A DNA stretch of 64,000 nt from an uncultured delta proteobacterium (GCA_963827685.1 CAWHBU010000003.1:736001-800000); one strand, 5' to 3'. Counted from the stretch's first letter, positions 38,276 through 50,797 are shown. The notes: generated from the letters alone by a model not told the origin. Numbers and translations are program-made.

Positions 38276-39801
38276 TTTTCCTCCAAGGCCTTTTGGGCCT
38301 CGATGCGATCATCGAAAGGAAGCCGCTTCTTTCCGATGATCTGATAATCCTCATGGCCTTTTCCGGCGATGAGAACAGTATCTGCAGATTGAGCCAATCG
38401 GATCGCCATCCGAATGGCCTCCCTTCGATCTGGAACTTTTAGATATCCCTTTCTCGATCTCCATAACTTGATTTCATTCGGATCCCACTCTTTCAACGGA
38501 AGCGATCTCAACCCTTTCTCCACCTCATCCAAGATGGCTAAAGGATCTTCTGTCCTTGGATTGTCCGAAGTGACAATAGCGAGATCGCTGTACTTTCCCG
38601 CCACTTCACCCATCAAAGGTCGCTTTGTCCGATCCCTGTCTCCACCACAACCGAAGACAGTGATCATCTTTCCATTGTTCTGCGCTCCGCTCTCTAAGAT
38701 GCTCTTCAATCCCAGCAGAACGTGTTCCAAGGCATCGTGGGTGTGCGCATAGTCAACAATAACGTGAATGCCTCTCTTATTCTCGACCTTCTCAAATCTT
38801 CCCGAAACCCCTTCCAACCCCTCCACCCCTTCTTTTAGGGCCCTTAAAGGAACATCCATGCCTATCCCTACAGCCACAGCCGCCAGGATATTATAGAGGT
38901 TGAAGTCTCCAATCAATTTCGATTGAATCGAAATATCGCCCTTTGGAGTTTTGATCTGACAGGAGAGACCTTCGAAGGAAGAGATCACCCGGTCCGCCGT
39001 GACATCACAGGAAGGGGTCAACCCATAACGGATGACAGGAAGGTCAATTCCCTCAGCCATCTTCTCCCCTCTGGGATCGTCGTGGTTCGTCACAGCAAAC
39101 CGTCTTTCCTTGCGGCTCTTCATCAAATAATCCGAAAAGAGTTTCCTTTTGCTCTCAAAATACTGGTCCAGGGTTTTATGGTAATCGAGATGCTCGGAGG
39201 TCAAATTGGTAAAGACCACGCCATCAAATTGGCACCCGAAAACGCGGTCGAGGTCGAGCCCGTGGGAGGAGACTTCCATGATTACATGAGAGGTTCCTTC
39301 TCTTAACATCTCCCAAAGGATTCTTTGCAGGTCCAAGGACTCCGGCGTGGTGTTGGGAGCGGGAATTGTCTTTTGCCCGAACCGATAATTGATCGTTCCG
39401 ATCACGCCTACGGTGCATCCGGCCTTTTTTAAAATAGACTCTAAGAGATAGGTGGTGGTGGTCTTCCCATTGGTTCCGGTAATGCCGATCAGTCTGACCC
39501 GAGACGATGGATCACCATAAAAGTTTGCGGAAATCTTTGCCAGAGCCTGGCGGCTATTGGGAACGACAATCATGGTCCGGCCGGAGACCTCTTGTTCTTC
39601 TTCCAAGACCACAGCCGCTGCTCCCCTCTCGATCGCCTCTTTAACAAATCGGTGTCCGTCCGCTTCCATCCCTCGAATGGCTGCAAAGAGGAAATCCTTT
39701 CCTGTCTGCTTTGAATGGTAAGCAATCCCCTTGATCTCTTTGCGAGTCTCGCCGGCAATTTTTCTGATCTCAACGCCTTCCAATAATTTCCTCAGTTCCA
39801 T
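38272..39801 (-). CDS. murE: MurE ligase (mDAP type)
   Basis: TGTNGKTT, MEVSSH, DYAHT, DNPR, AGKGHE. Confidence 0.96.
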   Translation of the reverse strand: MELRKLLEGVEIRKIAGETRKEIKGIAYHSKQTGKDFLFAAIRGMEADGHRFVKEAIERGAAAVVLEEEQEVSGRTMIVVPNSRQALAKISANFYGDPSSRVRLIGITGTNGKTTTTYLLESILKKAGCTVGVIGTINYRFGQKTIPAPNTTPESLDLQRILWEMLREGTSHVIMEVSSHGLDLDRVFGCQFDGVVFTNLTSEHLDYHKTLDQYFESKRKLFSDYLMKSRKERRFAVTNHDDPRGEKMAEGIDLPVIRYGLTPSCDVTADRVISSFEGLSCQIKTPKGDISIQSKLIGDFNLYNILAAVAVGIGMDVPLRALKEGVEGLEGVSGRFEKVENKRGIHVIVDYAHTHDALEHVLLGLKSILESGAQNNGKMITVFGCGGDRDRTKRPLMGEVAGKYSDLAIVTSDNPRTEDPLAILDEVEKGLRSLPLKEWDPNEIKLWRSRKGYLKVPDRREAIRMAIRLAQSADTVLIAGKGHEDYQIIGKKRLPFDDRIEAQKALEEK

Positions 39802-39808
39802 ATGGGCA

Positions 39809-41782
39809 CTATGATGCGGATCGAAACTTTATATAACAGATATCTCCTCTCTCAATTACTGTCCCTGGCCTAGGGGCCTGTTCCACTACTTTTCCATTCC
39901 CCGAAACCTTGATGATCAGTCCCCTCCCTTCCATGCGGGTCAAGGCATTCCGCATGGACAATCCGCTAAGGTCCGGCATCACAATCGTCGCGGCTCCCTT
40001 ACCCACCTTGATCCCATCGATCAAGGGTTGGGTTTCCGGCGCCTCTTTTCTGGGAGCGGAATCGAGTTCATTCTTCACAACCATTGTCCCCTTTGGGACC
40101 ACCTGGAGGTAGGGAAGAACATTTTCCATAATCGCCTTAAATATCGGAGCTGCCACCACTCCTCCGTAGTTGCCTCCCTGGGGCTCATCAATGACGACTA
40201 AGAGGACGAGCTTAGGTGCCTCGGCTGGGGCGAATCCCATAAAACCACTGATATAGCGATTTTCAGAGTACCCCCCCAATAAAGAATCTACCTTTTGTGC
40301 CGTTCCCGTTTTCCCGGCCACCTCATATCCTGCGGGCACTGCCCCTTCCCCTGTCCCTCCTTTTTCAGTAGTCGCCTTCAGTAGCATGGTCACCGTTTTA
40401 GCTGTCTCCCCTGAAACGACCTTCCTGATGGTCTCCGGTTGAAAAGATTGGACCGCCTCCCCTTTCTCATTCATGATCTTCTCTACGACATAAGGCTTCA
40501 TCAGGAATCCGCCATTCGCGATGGCTGACAGGGCAGTGATTAATTGAATGCCCGTCACTGAAATTCCCTGACCAAAGGAGATGGTGTCTAAGGCAACCGG
40601 AGGCCAATATCTCGGATGGCGGAGTATTCCTTTTCCCTCTCCCGGAAGATTGATCCCGGTCTTCTCACCAAATCCAAATGCAGAAATATATCGGTAGAAA
40701 CGCTCTTTCCCCATCTTCTCGCCCACCTTCGATGCTCCGATGTTACTCGAGAACTTGATGATCTGCTGAAAGGTGAGCCACCCGCGTTTGGAGGTATCGT
40801 GGATCGTTCGATCATAAACCGCATAGGAACCATTCTCGCAAAAAAAAGAATCGGAGGGCCGAACCACGTGCTCCTCCAAGGCTGCCGCGGCGAGAAAGAC
40901 TTTAAAAAGGGAGCCGGGTTCAAAGACATCCGAGACAGCTCCATTCCTCCAACTCTTGGAGCGGGACTGGATGAACTGGCTTGGATTAAAAGTCGGGTAG
41001 GACGCCATGGCAAGAATCTTTCCGGTCATGGGATCCATGGCAATGGCCATGCCTCCCTTCGCTCCCCACTTTTCAACCCCTCGATCTAACTCCGTCTCGG
41101 TGATATGTTGAATGGGTTTGTCGATGGTTAGGACGATATTCCGGTAATGATCCTCTTTCTCAAAGGGGACCTTGCCCATGGCAATCTCCCTGCCCAAGGC
41201 ATCTCTGGCAGCGGCCCATACCCGGTTGTCTCCGCTGAGCAAGGCATCGTATTGAAATTCGATTCCCTCCAGACCTTTCGAATCAAGGCCTACAAAACCG
41301 ATAAGATGAGCGGCCAGTTGGGAATTGGGATAGAAACGCCGGTTCTCTTTTAAGAAAAAGATCCCGGGGAGCTGAAGCGCTTTGATCTGCTCGGCTTCTT
41401 TCGAGGAGATTTTTCTTTGAACCCACTCAAAGGCTCGATGGCTCTTCAATCTTTGTTTCAATTCCTTCCGATCGATCTGAAGAATCGAGGCAAGCTCACT
41501 GGCTGTCTTTTCGACATCAACGACTTTCCGGGCATCGGCACAAACCGAATCGACTTCGATGCTGACCGCCAGTTCATTTCCGTTGCCATCGTAAACCGTC
41601 CCACGCTTGGGAACGAGGGGGATCTGAACATGTTGCTGTTGGGCGGCCAGCTTATAGAGCTGCTCCTTTTTCAGCACCTGAAGCTGAAACATCCTCCCCA
41701 GTATGAGCACAAAACAGAAGAAGAGGAGACATGAGAGAAAGATGATCCGGATCTTAAACCAATTGATAGGTTTCTGTTTCAT
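39809..41782 (-). CDS. ftsI: Class B PBP (PBP3) with PASTA domain
   Basis: EPGSLFK, SSN, KTG. Confidence 0.93.
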   Translation of the reverse strand: MKQKPINWFKIRIIFLSCLLFFCFVLILGRMFQLQVLKKEQLYKLAAQQQHVQIPLVPKRGTVYDGNGNELAVSIEVDSVCADARKVVDVEKTASELASILQIDRKELKQRLKSHRAFEWVQRKISSKEAEQIKALQLPGIFFLKENRRFYPNSQLAAHLIGFVGLDSKGLEGIEFQYDALLSGDNRVWAAARDALGREIAMGKVPFEKEDHYRNIVLTIDKPIQHITETELDRGVEKWGAKGGMAIAMDPMTGKILAMASYPTFNPSQFIQSRSKSWRNGAVSDVFEPGSLFKVFLAAAALEEHVVRPSDSFFCENGSYAVYDRTIHDTSKRGWLTFQQIIKFSSNIGASKVGEKMGKERFYRYISAFGFGEKTGINLPGEGKGILRHPRYWPPVALDTISFGQGISVTGIQLITALSAIANGGFLMKPYVVEKIMNEKGEAVQSFQPETIRKVVSGETAKTVTMLLKATTEKGGTGEGAVPAGYEVAGKTGTAQKVDSLLGGYSENRYISGFMGFAPAEAPKLVLLVVIDEPQGGNYGGVVAAPIFKAIMENVLPYLQVVPKGTMVVKNELDSAPRKEAPETQPLIDGIKVGKGAATIVMPDLSGLSMRNALTRMEGRGLIIKVSGNGKVVEQAPRPGTVIERGDICYIKFRSAS

Positions 41783-42123
41783 CGGATCACGATCACCTGC
41801 TCAGGTTTGGGCTTGGCCATTCTCAATTCCTCCACGGCAAATTTTTCAATCCGGGCATAGGATTTGAGCGTGGCAATCTCCAACCGCAACTTCTTGTTGG
41901 CTTCGGTGAGCGCCCTTTCCTCCTTCAGGGCATTCGAAATTTCATATCCGAGTTGAATCACCTGAATTCTTGACCAAACATAGAACAAGGACCCCCCGAT
42001 GGAAAAAAGCATAAGGAGGGTGAGAAGGATGAGGAGATTCAATTTTATTCTTTTGGGTCTGGCCTTTGAGTCTTCCCCTGTCCAGAGGATTCGATCTTCA
42101 TTCTTGTTGACAGTCTTTGCCAT
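41779..42123 (-). CDS. ftsL: Cell division protein FtsL
   Basis: TM + leucine zipper, RIEKFA; lies between rsmH and ftsI. Confidence 0.88.
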   Translation of the reverse strand: MAKTVNKNEDRILWTGEDSKARPKRIKLNLLILLTLLMLFSIGGSLFYVWSRIQVIQLGYEISNALKEERALTEANKKLRLEIATLKSYARIEKFAVEELRMAKPKPEQVIVIR

Positions 42124-42124
42124 G

Positions 42125-43006
42125 TTAAATTCTCTCTGCACACCTCAGCTTGGCGCTGCGAGATCGCGGGTTTCTCCTCTGCTCTTCTTCAGACGGCGTG
42201 ACAGGTTTCTTGGTCAGAACACGGATCTCTCCCCTCTTCTCCAGTGTTCGAAAGGTCTCCTTGACCATCCGATCTTCGAGGGAATGAAAAGAGATGATGC
42301 ACAGCCGGCCTCCTTTTTTCAAGACCTTCCATCCGGTTTCCAGCATTGTTTTTAAATTTTCCAATTCATCATTCACCCTGATACGCAGGGCTTGAAAGGT
42401 TCTGGTGGCAGGGTCAATCCTTCGAGCATGGAATCGTCTCGGAATCGCGCCGTAGACGATCCTTCTTAAGGTCTGGGTCGTCCCGATGGGTTCTCGCTCT
42501 CTCTCCTGAACGATGGCCCTGGCAATTCTCTTTGCCCATCTCTCTTCTCCGTAGTGATACAGAGTATATTCGAGGTCCTCCAATGAAAGGTAATTAACCA
42601 GGTCAGCTGCTGATTCGTTCGTCCGTTCATCCATCCTCATATCCAGAGGACCTTCTCCTCTAAAACTGAATCCCCTTTCTCCTTTATCTAATTGGATGGA
42701 AGAAAGTCCCAAATCGAGCAGAATCCCATCGGCGGACTCAGCCTTCACCAGGTTGGGGAGATGAATAAAATTTTCCCGAAATATTTTGACCCGATCACCA
42801 AAAGACATTAATGTATTTCTTGCTTCAGAGAGGGCGTCTTCATCCCATTCCATCGCGATGACCACGCCATCCGGCGCACTTCGTCTCAAGATTTCTGAAG
42901 CGTGCCCGCCCCCTCCCAAGGTAGCATCCACATAAGTACGACCCGGTTCACATCTCAAGAATGCCATCACCTCTTCAACCAAAACAGGGACGTGTCGAAG
43001 TTCCAT
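42125..43006 (-). CDS. rsmH: 16S rRNA C1402 methyltransferase
   Basis: HVPVL, DATLGGGGH, PLDMRMD, SFHSLEDR, NPRSRSAKLR. Confidence 0.96.
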   Translation of the reverse strand: MELRHVPVLVEEVMAFLRCEPGRTYVDATLGGGGHASEILRRSAPDGVVIAMEWDEDALSEARNTLMSFGDRVKIFRENFIHLPNLVKAESADGILLDLGLSSIQLDKGERGFSFRGEGPLDMRMDERTNESAADLVNYLSLEDLEYTLYHYGEERWAKRIARAIVQEREREPIGTTQTLRRIVYGAIPRRFHARRIDPATRTFQALRIRVNDELENLKTMLETGWKVLKKGGRLCIISFHSLEDRMVKETFRTLEKRGEIRVLTKKPVTPSEEEQRRNPRSRSAKLRCAERI

Positions 43007-43007
43007 A

Positions 43008-43082
43008 GTGACGTGATTCGTGGCTCGTGGCTCGTGATCCAATAAGTTCGAGATTCACCAATCACGATTCACGAGTGACGAT
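43008..43082. repeat. Inverted heptamer arrays, same family as 24946-25063
   Basis: cgtgatt cgtggct cgtggct cgtgat ... tcaccaa tcacgat tcacgag tgacgat. Confidence 0.85.
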
Positions 43083-43525
43083 TAGATTCCCAGATTAGCC
43101 AAGGTTTCTCTGACCTGGTCAAACCCTCCTTCAACTTGCTGTACGACTTCCTGCCAACGCTCCTTGGCAAATATCTCTATGAATCGTCCCTCGCCTACTA
43201 ATATGATATCTTTTTGGAGACTCGCATAGTCCCTTAAGGTCTGGGGGATGAGAAGCCTTCCATGCTTGTCGATGGCGCAATCGATGGCACTCGAATAGAA
43301 GAACCTTAAGAACGCACTCATCTCCTTTCTCATGATGGAAAAGGAACCAATCTTTTGCTCCACCAATAGGCTCCATTCTTCATTAGGGAAAGCGATAAGG
43401 CAGCCCTCGAAATTGGTGATGACTAATCGGTCGTCATATTTTTTGTTGAGAATCTCTCTGAATTTTGAAGGAATGCTGATTCGACCCTTAGTGTCTATGG
43501 CGTGCTCATACCTACCCCGAAACAT
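43082..43525 (-). CDS. mraZ: Transcriptional regulator MraZ
   Basis: IDTKGRISIP and IDKHGRLLIP repeats. Confidence 0.96.
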   Translation of the reverse strand: MFRGRYEHAIDTKGRISIPSKFREILNKKYDDRLVITNFEGCLIAFPNEEWSLLVEQKIGSFSIMRKEMSAFLRFFYSSAIDCAIDKHGRLLIPQTLRDYASLQKDIILVGEGRFIEIFAKERWQEVVQQVEGGFDQVRETLANLGI

Positions 43526-43551
43526 CGTTTTATCCCCCTCATCTTAAGAAA

Positions 43552-43580
43552 CCATACCACCTTTTCCCACTTTTTACCAC
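43552..43580 (-). promoter_or_regulatory. MraZ operator: three GTGG boxes at 10-nt spacing
   Basis: CCAC at 43557, 43567 and 43577. Confidence 0.85.
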
Positions 43581-43770
43581 TTGGGATGTAGAAATATCCT
43601 GAAAATTTAAATTTGTCAAGTAAAATTTTATACTTATTCCATTTTTTTATTTCCATTCGCATGACCCCAACATCTATTTAAACCAGGGTACGCTCACCCC
43701 ATATTTAGGCCCCCTATTTTCTATTCAATCTTTCATGACGGGTTCGTCACCCTCGAACAATGAAAATCAG

Positions 43771-46042
<2,272 letters not shown>

Positions 46043-46139
46043 GAGGCGGACAGCTCATCACTTCGTTAGACACCAAAATGGTCCTTGATTTTTACTACGG
46101 TTGGTAGTATCATTAATACTATTGTAGGAGGTATTACCA

Positions 46140-46421
46140 ATGGCGAAAATTCCTAATATCGTACCGATTACCGATCTTCGACAGGATGCCACAGCTATTG
46201 TAAAACGAGTGACTACTTCCAGGGAGCCTCTCGTCATCACCCAGAGAGGTCGGGCTGCTGCAGTCATGGTTAGCATGGAAGCCTATAAACATTCCCAGCA
46301 TGAGCTGGAGATTTTGCGCCTTCTCGCCTGTGGCGAAAAAGAGATCGAAGCGGGCAAGGGGTATGACCTTGAGCTTGTTTTCGCTGAAGCCGATTCCTTG
46401 TTAAAAGAGACGAAACCTTGA
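46140..46421 (+). CDS. Phd/YefM-family antitoxin
   Basis: IVPITDLR, EPLVITQRGRAAAVMVS; overlaps the toxin start. Confidence 0.88.
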   Translation: MAKIPNIVPITDLRQDATAIVKRVTTSREPLVITQRGRAAAVMVSMEAYKHSQHELEILRLLACGEKEIEAGKGYDLELVFAEADSLLKETKP

Positions 46422-46711
46422 AAGTTCTTTTCACTCCTTCGGGGCGCAAACAGTTCCTTGCAGCCATAGCTTATATCTACCACGAAAATCCACCAGCGGC
46501 GGCTGCTTTCCGGCGCAAGGCGGAAAAGGTCCTGTCCAGACTCAGAAAGTTCCCACAATCTGGCAGGGTACTGCCGGAGTTTCCCGATCTTCCTTTTCGT
46601 GAAATTATTGTAAGCCCTTACCGTTTCTTTTATCGTGTAAAAGGAAAAACTGTTTGGGTCGTAGCTGTCTGGCACGGTGCTCAGCTTCCGGAAGAACCAA
46701 ACGGAGCGTAA
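46418..46711 (+). CDS. RelE/ParE-family toxin
   Basis: FPQSGRVLPE, YRFFYR, VAVWHGAQ. Confidence 0.88.
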   Translation: MKVLFTPSGRKQFLAAIAYIYHENPPAAAAFRRKAEKVLSRLRKFPQSGRVLPEFPDLPFREIIVSPYRFFYRVKGKTVWVVAVWHGAQLPEEPNGA

Positions 46712-46909
46712 AGCTCCCAACAATATCCAGGGTAGGCAAAAGGGGACAGGCTCTTTGGAGGAATTGCGGATATCCATGATTTTTACCATAGAAACCCTTT
46801 AAATGTTAACAGGTTATCCAGAACTGAGGCATTGCATAATAGGTAGATTTATTATAATCGTAATATTATTTTTAGGCCTAATCGTTAGGCAGACAGGGAA
46901 GGATGAAGA

Positions 46910-47265
46910 TCAAACGCCGAGATCGTCCAAGGGACTCGGTACCCCCTGGCCGCCCTGCTGAAGGATGTGGGTGTAGATCATGGTCGTGGCCAGATCGCTG
47001 TGTCCGAGCAGTTGCTGAATGGTGCGAATGTCGGTGCCGCGTTGGAGCAAGTGGGTGGCGAAGGAATGGCGAAAGGTATGTGCGCTGATGTGCTTCGTGA
47101 GCCCGGCACGGCGAACGGCCACTTTGATGGCTTTGTTGATGACGCTGGGATCAACGTGATGGCGGCGGGTCACACCAGAACGAGGGTCTACGGACAGATC
47201 CCGGGCGGGGAACACATACTGCCAGCCCCATTCCTTGGCGGCGGCGGGATACTTCCGAGCCAGAG
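46910..47265 (-). pseudogene. intI: C-terminal remnant of an integron integrase
   Basis: [19 protein letters not shown] (IntI-specific insertion), [21 protein letters not shown]; N-terminal part absent. Confidence 0.88.
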
Positions 47266-47267
47266 TG

Positions 47268-47689
47268 TAATTAAGTCCCCTCTTTTTCCCTTGATATCTG
47301 AATGCTTGTCCAAAGACCCAATAAAGAGGTTTCCCTCATTTAGGCACCTGCGTGATGAGCTTGAAGGTATTCTACGAAAAATCGGAGGAGGAATTGTCCC
47401 GCCCCCCGAATTATCCGAACTCACATTGTCAGATCTCCTAATTCGTGTGGACTGCTTCGAGAAACTCGGGAGCCTGCATGATGTTTTTGCTTATCTTGAA
47501 AGAGCAATTATTTTGGATCCCTGTTGCGGTTATACTTGGATAAGGAAAGGTTATGTACTTTACAAACAAGGGCGATACGAGGAGGCAATATCGTGTTACG
47601 ATCAAGCACTTAAGATAAACCCTCAAGATAATCAAGCTCAGCAGTACCTTGCAATGGCGAAGGATACGATCGCTCGAATCAAGGCCTGA
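47268..47689 (+). pseudogene. 3' remnant of a Ser/Thr kinase-TPR gene
   Basis: [14 protein letters not shown] (kinase subdomain XI) then TPR WIRKGYVLYKQGRYEEAISCYDQALKINP; no own start. Confidence 0.65.
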
Positions 47690-47837
47690 GATTAGTTGGA
47701 AGAGCAGGGTCAGCCCTTGACAAGGAACAAGGCGTTGCTGAGATGCAGTAAATACTTATAAAAACAACCATGAAGAGCGACCTTGCCTAACACTTATAAG
47801 GTCTCCCGTTGTCGAGAAAAAAAGACGAACGGATCAA

Positions 47838-49184
47838 TCATTTTTTCTCGCTTTTCTTTCTCCTCCAGTATTCCAGTCTCTTTTTGATTTCCTTCTCAAA
47901 TCCCTGTTCGGTTGGGTGATAGTAAATCCTTCCTTTGAGGTTCTCAGGAAGATATTCCTCCTCAACGAAGTGGTCTTGATAGTCATGGGGGTATTTATAA
48001 TCCTTCCCGTACCCAAGATCCTTCATTAAAGAGGTGACAGGATTTCGAATATGAAGCGGAACAGGCATATTCTCGGTTTCGCGAACATCCTTCTGAACCC
48101 TCTGAAATGCTGTATAGAGAGCGTTCGATTTTGGAGCCGTGGCCAAGTAGACCGCTGCCTGGGCAAGGGCCAAGTTCCCTTCCGGCAGGCCGACAAAATG
48201 GAAAGCCTCCTGGGCGGCAACCGCCACCTGTAAAGCCTGAGGATCTGCCATCCCCACATCTTCAGAAGCAAACCGGATCATCCGGCGCGCAATGTAGAGC
48301 GGATCCTCACCAGCCTCCAGCATTCTTCCAAGCCAATAAAGGGCTGCATCAGGGTCACTGCCTCTCAGGCTCTTATGCAAAGCCGAGATGAGATTATAAT
48401 GCTCTTCCCCGGACTTGTCATAAAGATACGCTTTCCTCTGAAGAACCTCTTTCAAATCCTCTCTCTTGATCTGACGAATGCCCTCTTGGTCGGGGGAAGT
48501 TGTCAGGACAAGCATTTCCAACGTATTCAAGGCCGCCCTTGCATCTCCATTAGCCAGCTGGCAAATGCCTTTGATGACCTCTGGCTCGATCGCAGTCTGG
48601 TAATTGCCCAATCCCCTCTCTTTATCCGTCAAAGCCCGGCTTAAGATCACTTCAACCTCTTTCTCTGTCAACGGATTTAATGTGAAGACTTTGGAACGAG
48701 AAAGCAAAGGCGAGATGACTTCGAAAGACGGATTTTCCGTCGTAGCTCCAATGAGGATGATGGTCCCTTTCTCCACATGGGGAAGGAAAGCATCCTGCTG
48801 AGCTTTGTTGAATCGATGGATTTCATCCACAAAAAGGATTGTCCGCCGTTTATTATATTTCCATTCTTCTTCTGCCTCTTGGACGACCTCTTTGATCTCT
48901 TTCACCCCGGAGAGGACAGCACTGAAGGCGAGAAACTGAGCACCCGTAGTGGTGGCGACAATCATCGCCAAGGTTGTCTTGCCAGACCCCGGAGGTCCCC
49001 ATAAAATCATAGAAGGAAGATGATCGGATTCGATGGCCTGGCGGAGGACCTTTCCCCGACTCAAGAGGTGATCCTGGCCAAGAAATTCATCCAATGTCCG
49101 AGGCCTCATCCGATCGGCGAGGGGGGCCTCTCTCTTGAATAATTCTTTCCCCTTCTTCTCAAAAAGATCTGGATGCTTTTTCAT
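47838..49184 (-). CDS. rarA: Replication-associated recombination protein A
   Basis: PLADRMRP, GPPGSGKT, DEIHRFNKAQQD, ISALHKSLRGSDPDAA. Confidence 0.96.
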   Translation of the reverse strand: MKKHPDLFEKKGKELFKREAPLADRMRPRTLDEFLGQDHLLSRGKVLRQAIESDHLPSMILWGPPGSGKTTLAMIVATTTGAQFLAFSAVLSGVKEIKEVVQEAEEEWKYNKRRTILFVDEIHRFNKAQQDAFLPHVEKGTIILIGATTENPSFEVISPLLSRSKVFTLNPLTEKEVEVILSRALTDKERGLGNYQTAIEPEVIKGICQLANGDARAALNTLEMLVLTTSPDQEGIRQIKREDLKEVLQRKAYLYDKSGEEHYNLISALHKSLRGSDPDAALYWLGRMLEAGEDPLYIARRMIRFASEDVGMADPQALQVAVAAQEAFHFVGLPEGNLALAQAAVYLATAPKSNALYTAFQRVQKDVRETENMPVPLHIRNPVTSLMKDLGYGKDYKYPHDYQDHFVEEEYLPENLKGRIYYHPTEQGFEKEIKKRLEYWRRKKSEKK

Positions 49185-49204
49185 ATAAGTGGCTATGCGC
49201 TCTG

Positions 49205-49223
49205 CCTGCCTACCTCAGGCAGG
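49205..49223. mobile_element. 19-nt family II micro-element in a GCTATGC heptamer array
   Basis: Removing cctgcctacctcaggcagg restores gctatgc gctctgc gctatgc tctatgc. Confidence 0.75.
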
Positions 49224-49232
49224 CGCTATGCT

Positions 49233-50018
49233 CTATGCGTTATTAATTTCCTGAATCGCTTGAAGCATTTCTTGATGGATCAACCCATTGGAAGCCAGGA
49301 TCTCTTCAGAATAGATATTGTAGCGCCGGCCTTCAAGATCGGTCACCTTCCCCCCCGCTTCGGTAATCACTAAAGTAGCTGCCGCCACATCCCAAGCGTG
49401 GAGCTTAAATTCCCAGAATCCATCGAAACGGCCCGCTGCTAAGTAAGAAAGATCAATGGCCGCTGAACCAGGTCTCCGAATGGCAAAACTCTTGGTAAGA
49501 AACTGACGGAAATAGCGAAGATAGAAATCGGCGTGTTCATGGACATCATAAGGAAAACCGGTGCAGAGAAGACTTCTGTTTAACCTGTCATTCCGTGAGA
49601 CAACGATTCGTTTACCATTAAGAAAGGCACCCTTTCCTTTTTCCGCATGAAAGAGCTCATTGAGGGTCGGGATGTAAACCACTCCGAGCTTTACCTCTCC
49701 TTCCACTTCAAGCCCGATGGAGACGCAGAAACAAGGAAACCCATGAAAATAATTGGTCGTCCCGTCGAGGGGATCGATAATCCACTTCCATGGGGATCCT
49801 TTCCCCTCAAAGGGACTCTCTTCTGTCAAAATATCATGCTCCGGAAAAGCATCCGAAATCATTCTTACGATGGCTTGCTCACAGCGCCGGTCTACTTGCG
49901 TCACCGGGTTGAACTCTCCTTTGTACTCAACCGGATGGGAGTGACCTAAATGGAGCATCTGGATCCGGCCTGCCTCTTTGGCCGCCGCAACGGCTAATGG
50001 CAGATAGCGATCATCCAT
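49233..50018 (-). CDS. suhB: Inositol monophosphatase family protein
   Basis: WIIDPLDGTTNY, GSAAIDL, WDVAAA. Confidence 0.92.
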   Translation of the reverse strand: MDDRYLPLAVAAAKEAGRIQMLHLGHSHPVEYKGEFNPVTQVDRRCEQAIVRMISDAFPEHDILTEESPFEGKGSPWKWIIDPLDGTTNYFHGFPCFCVSIGLEVEGEVKLGVVYIPTLNELFHAEKGKGAFLNGKRIVVSRNDRLNRSLLCTGFPYDVHEHADFYLRYFRQFLTKSFAIRRPGSAAIDLSYLAAGRFDGFWEFKLHAWDVAAATLVITEAGGKVTDLEGRRYNIYSEEILASNGLIHQEMLQAIQEINNA

Positions 50019-50129
50019 CTTCAACGCTCTCCTGTTTTCCAAATCCCCCTCTGTTTACCCACCTCTATTCCCCCCTTTATAACTCCCCCTTCCCCCTCTT
50101 AATTTAAGAGGGGGAGAGTGGAGGGGGCG

Positions 50130-50387
50130 TTAGATTGGGGGATGAAGGGGGGTTACCTTCAGCGCCAGTTTTGACAAGACGCTCTGTATATCAAGCAGCA
50201 CTTCATTGTTCCAAAAACGCACCACGTCAATTCCCTGCGCTTTTAGATACTCTGAACGGGCTGCATCATATTCTGTGTTATCGCCCTGGTTATGTTGTCC
50301 GCCGTCCAACTCTACCGCAAGCTTCACCGTTGGACAATAAAAGTCCAAAATATAGGGGCCTATGCTGTACTGGCGGAAGAATTTCAT
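50130..50387 (-). pseudogene. N-terminally truncated DUF559 (Vsr-like) endonuclease-domain gene between C/G-rich palindromes
   Basis: KFFRQYSIGPYILDFYC, VELDGGQH, VRFWNNEV; palindromes at 50044-50155 and 50387-50459. Confidence 0.78.
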
Positions 50388-50584
50388 AACTCCCCTTAAC
50401 CCCCCTCTATTCCCCCCTTAACTTAAGGGGGGATGAAGGGGAGTTACACGAGGGGGATGCCACCCACACGAAAGCCGGAAGAACCCGAAATTCTTTAAAA
50501 GTTGACAACGCTTTCATCAAAACTATATGATACCCTACAATAACAAGTCAACCCTGCAATAGCCACATTAGTCATGGCAAGGGC

Positions 50585-50797
50585 GTCATTCCTGCGAAAG
50601 CAGGAATCCAGAAAAACACTGGATTCCGGATCAAGTCCGGAATGACAAACTAATACAAACGCGTTAAATAAATTGTCTTTGCGAGGAATGAAATGACGAA
50701 GCAATCTCGTATTTATGGAGCGAGATTGCCACGCTCTCCCGCCAAGGCGGGATCGCTCGCAATGACACTGTAAAAACATTCAATGCGTTTGCACTAG
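50585..50797. repeat. Two REP-like doublets (GTCATT...AATGAC), the second inside a TIR pair flanked by CTAA/CTAG
   Basis: 50585-50646 and 50675-50766; TACAAACGCGTTAAAT / ATTCAATGCGTTTGCA. Confidence 0.8.

Noticed and set aside
46967-47689. 240-aa + strand protein
   Set aside because: Chimera of the antisense shadow of intI and a kinase-TPR remnant.
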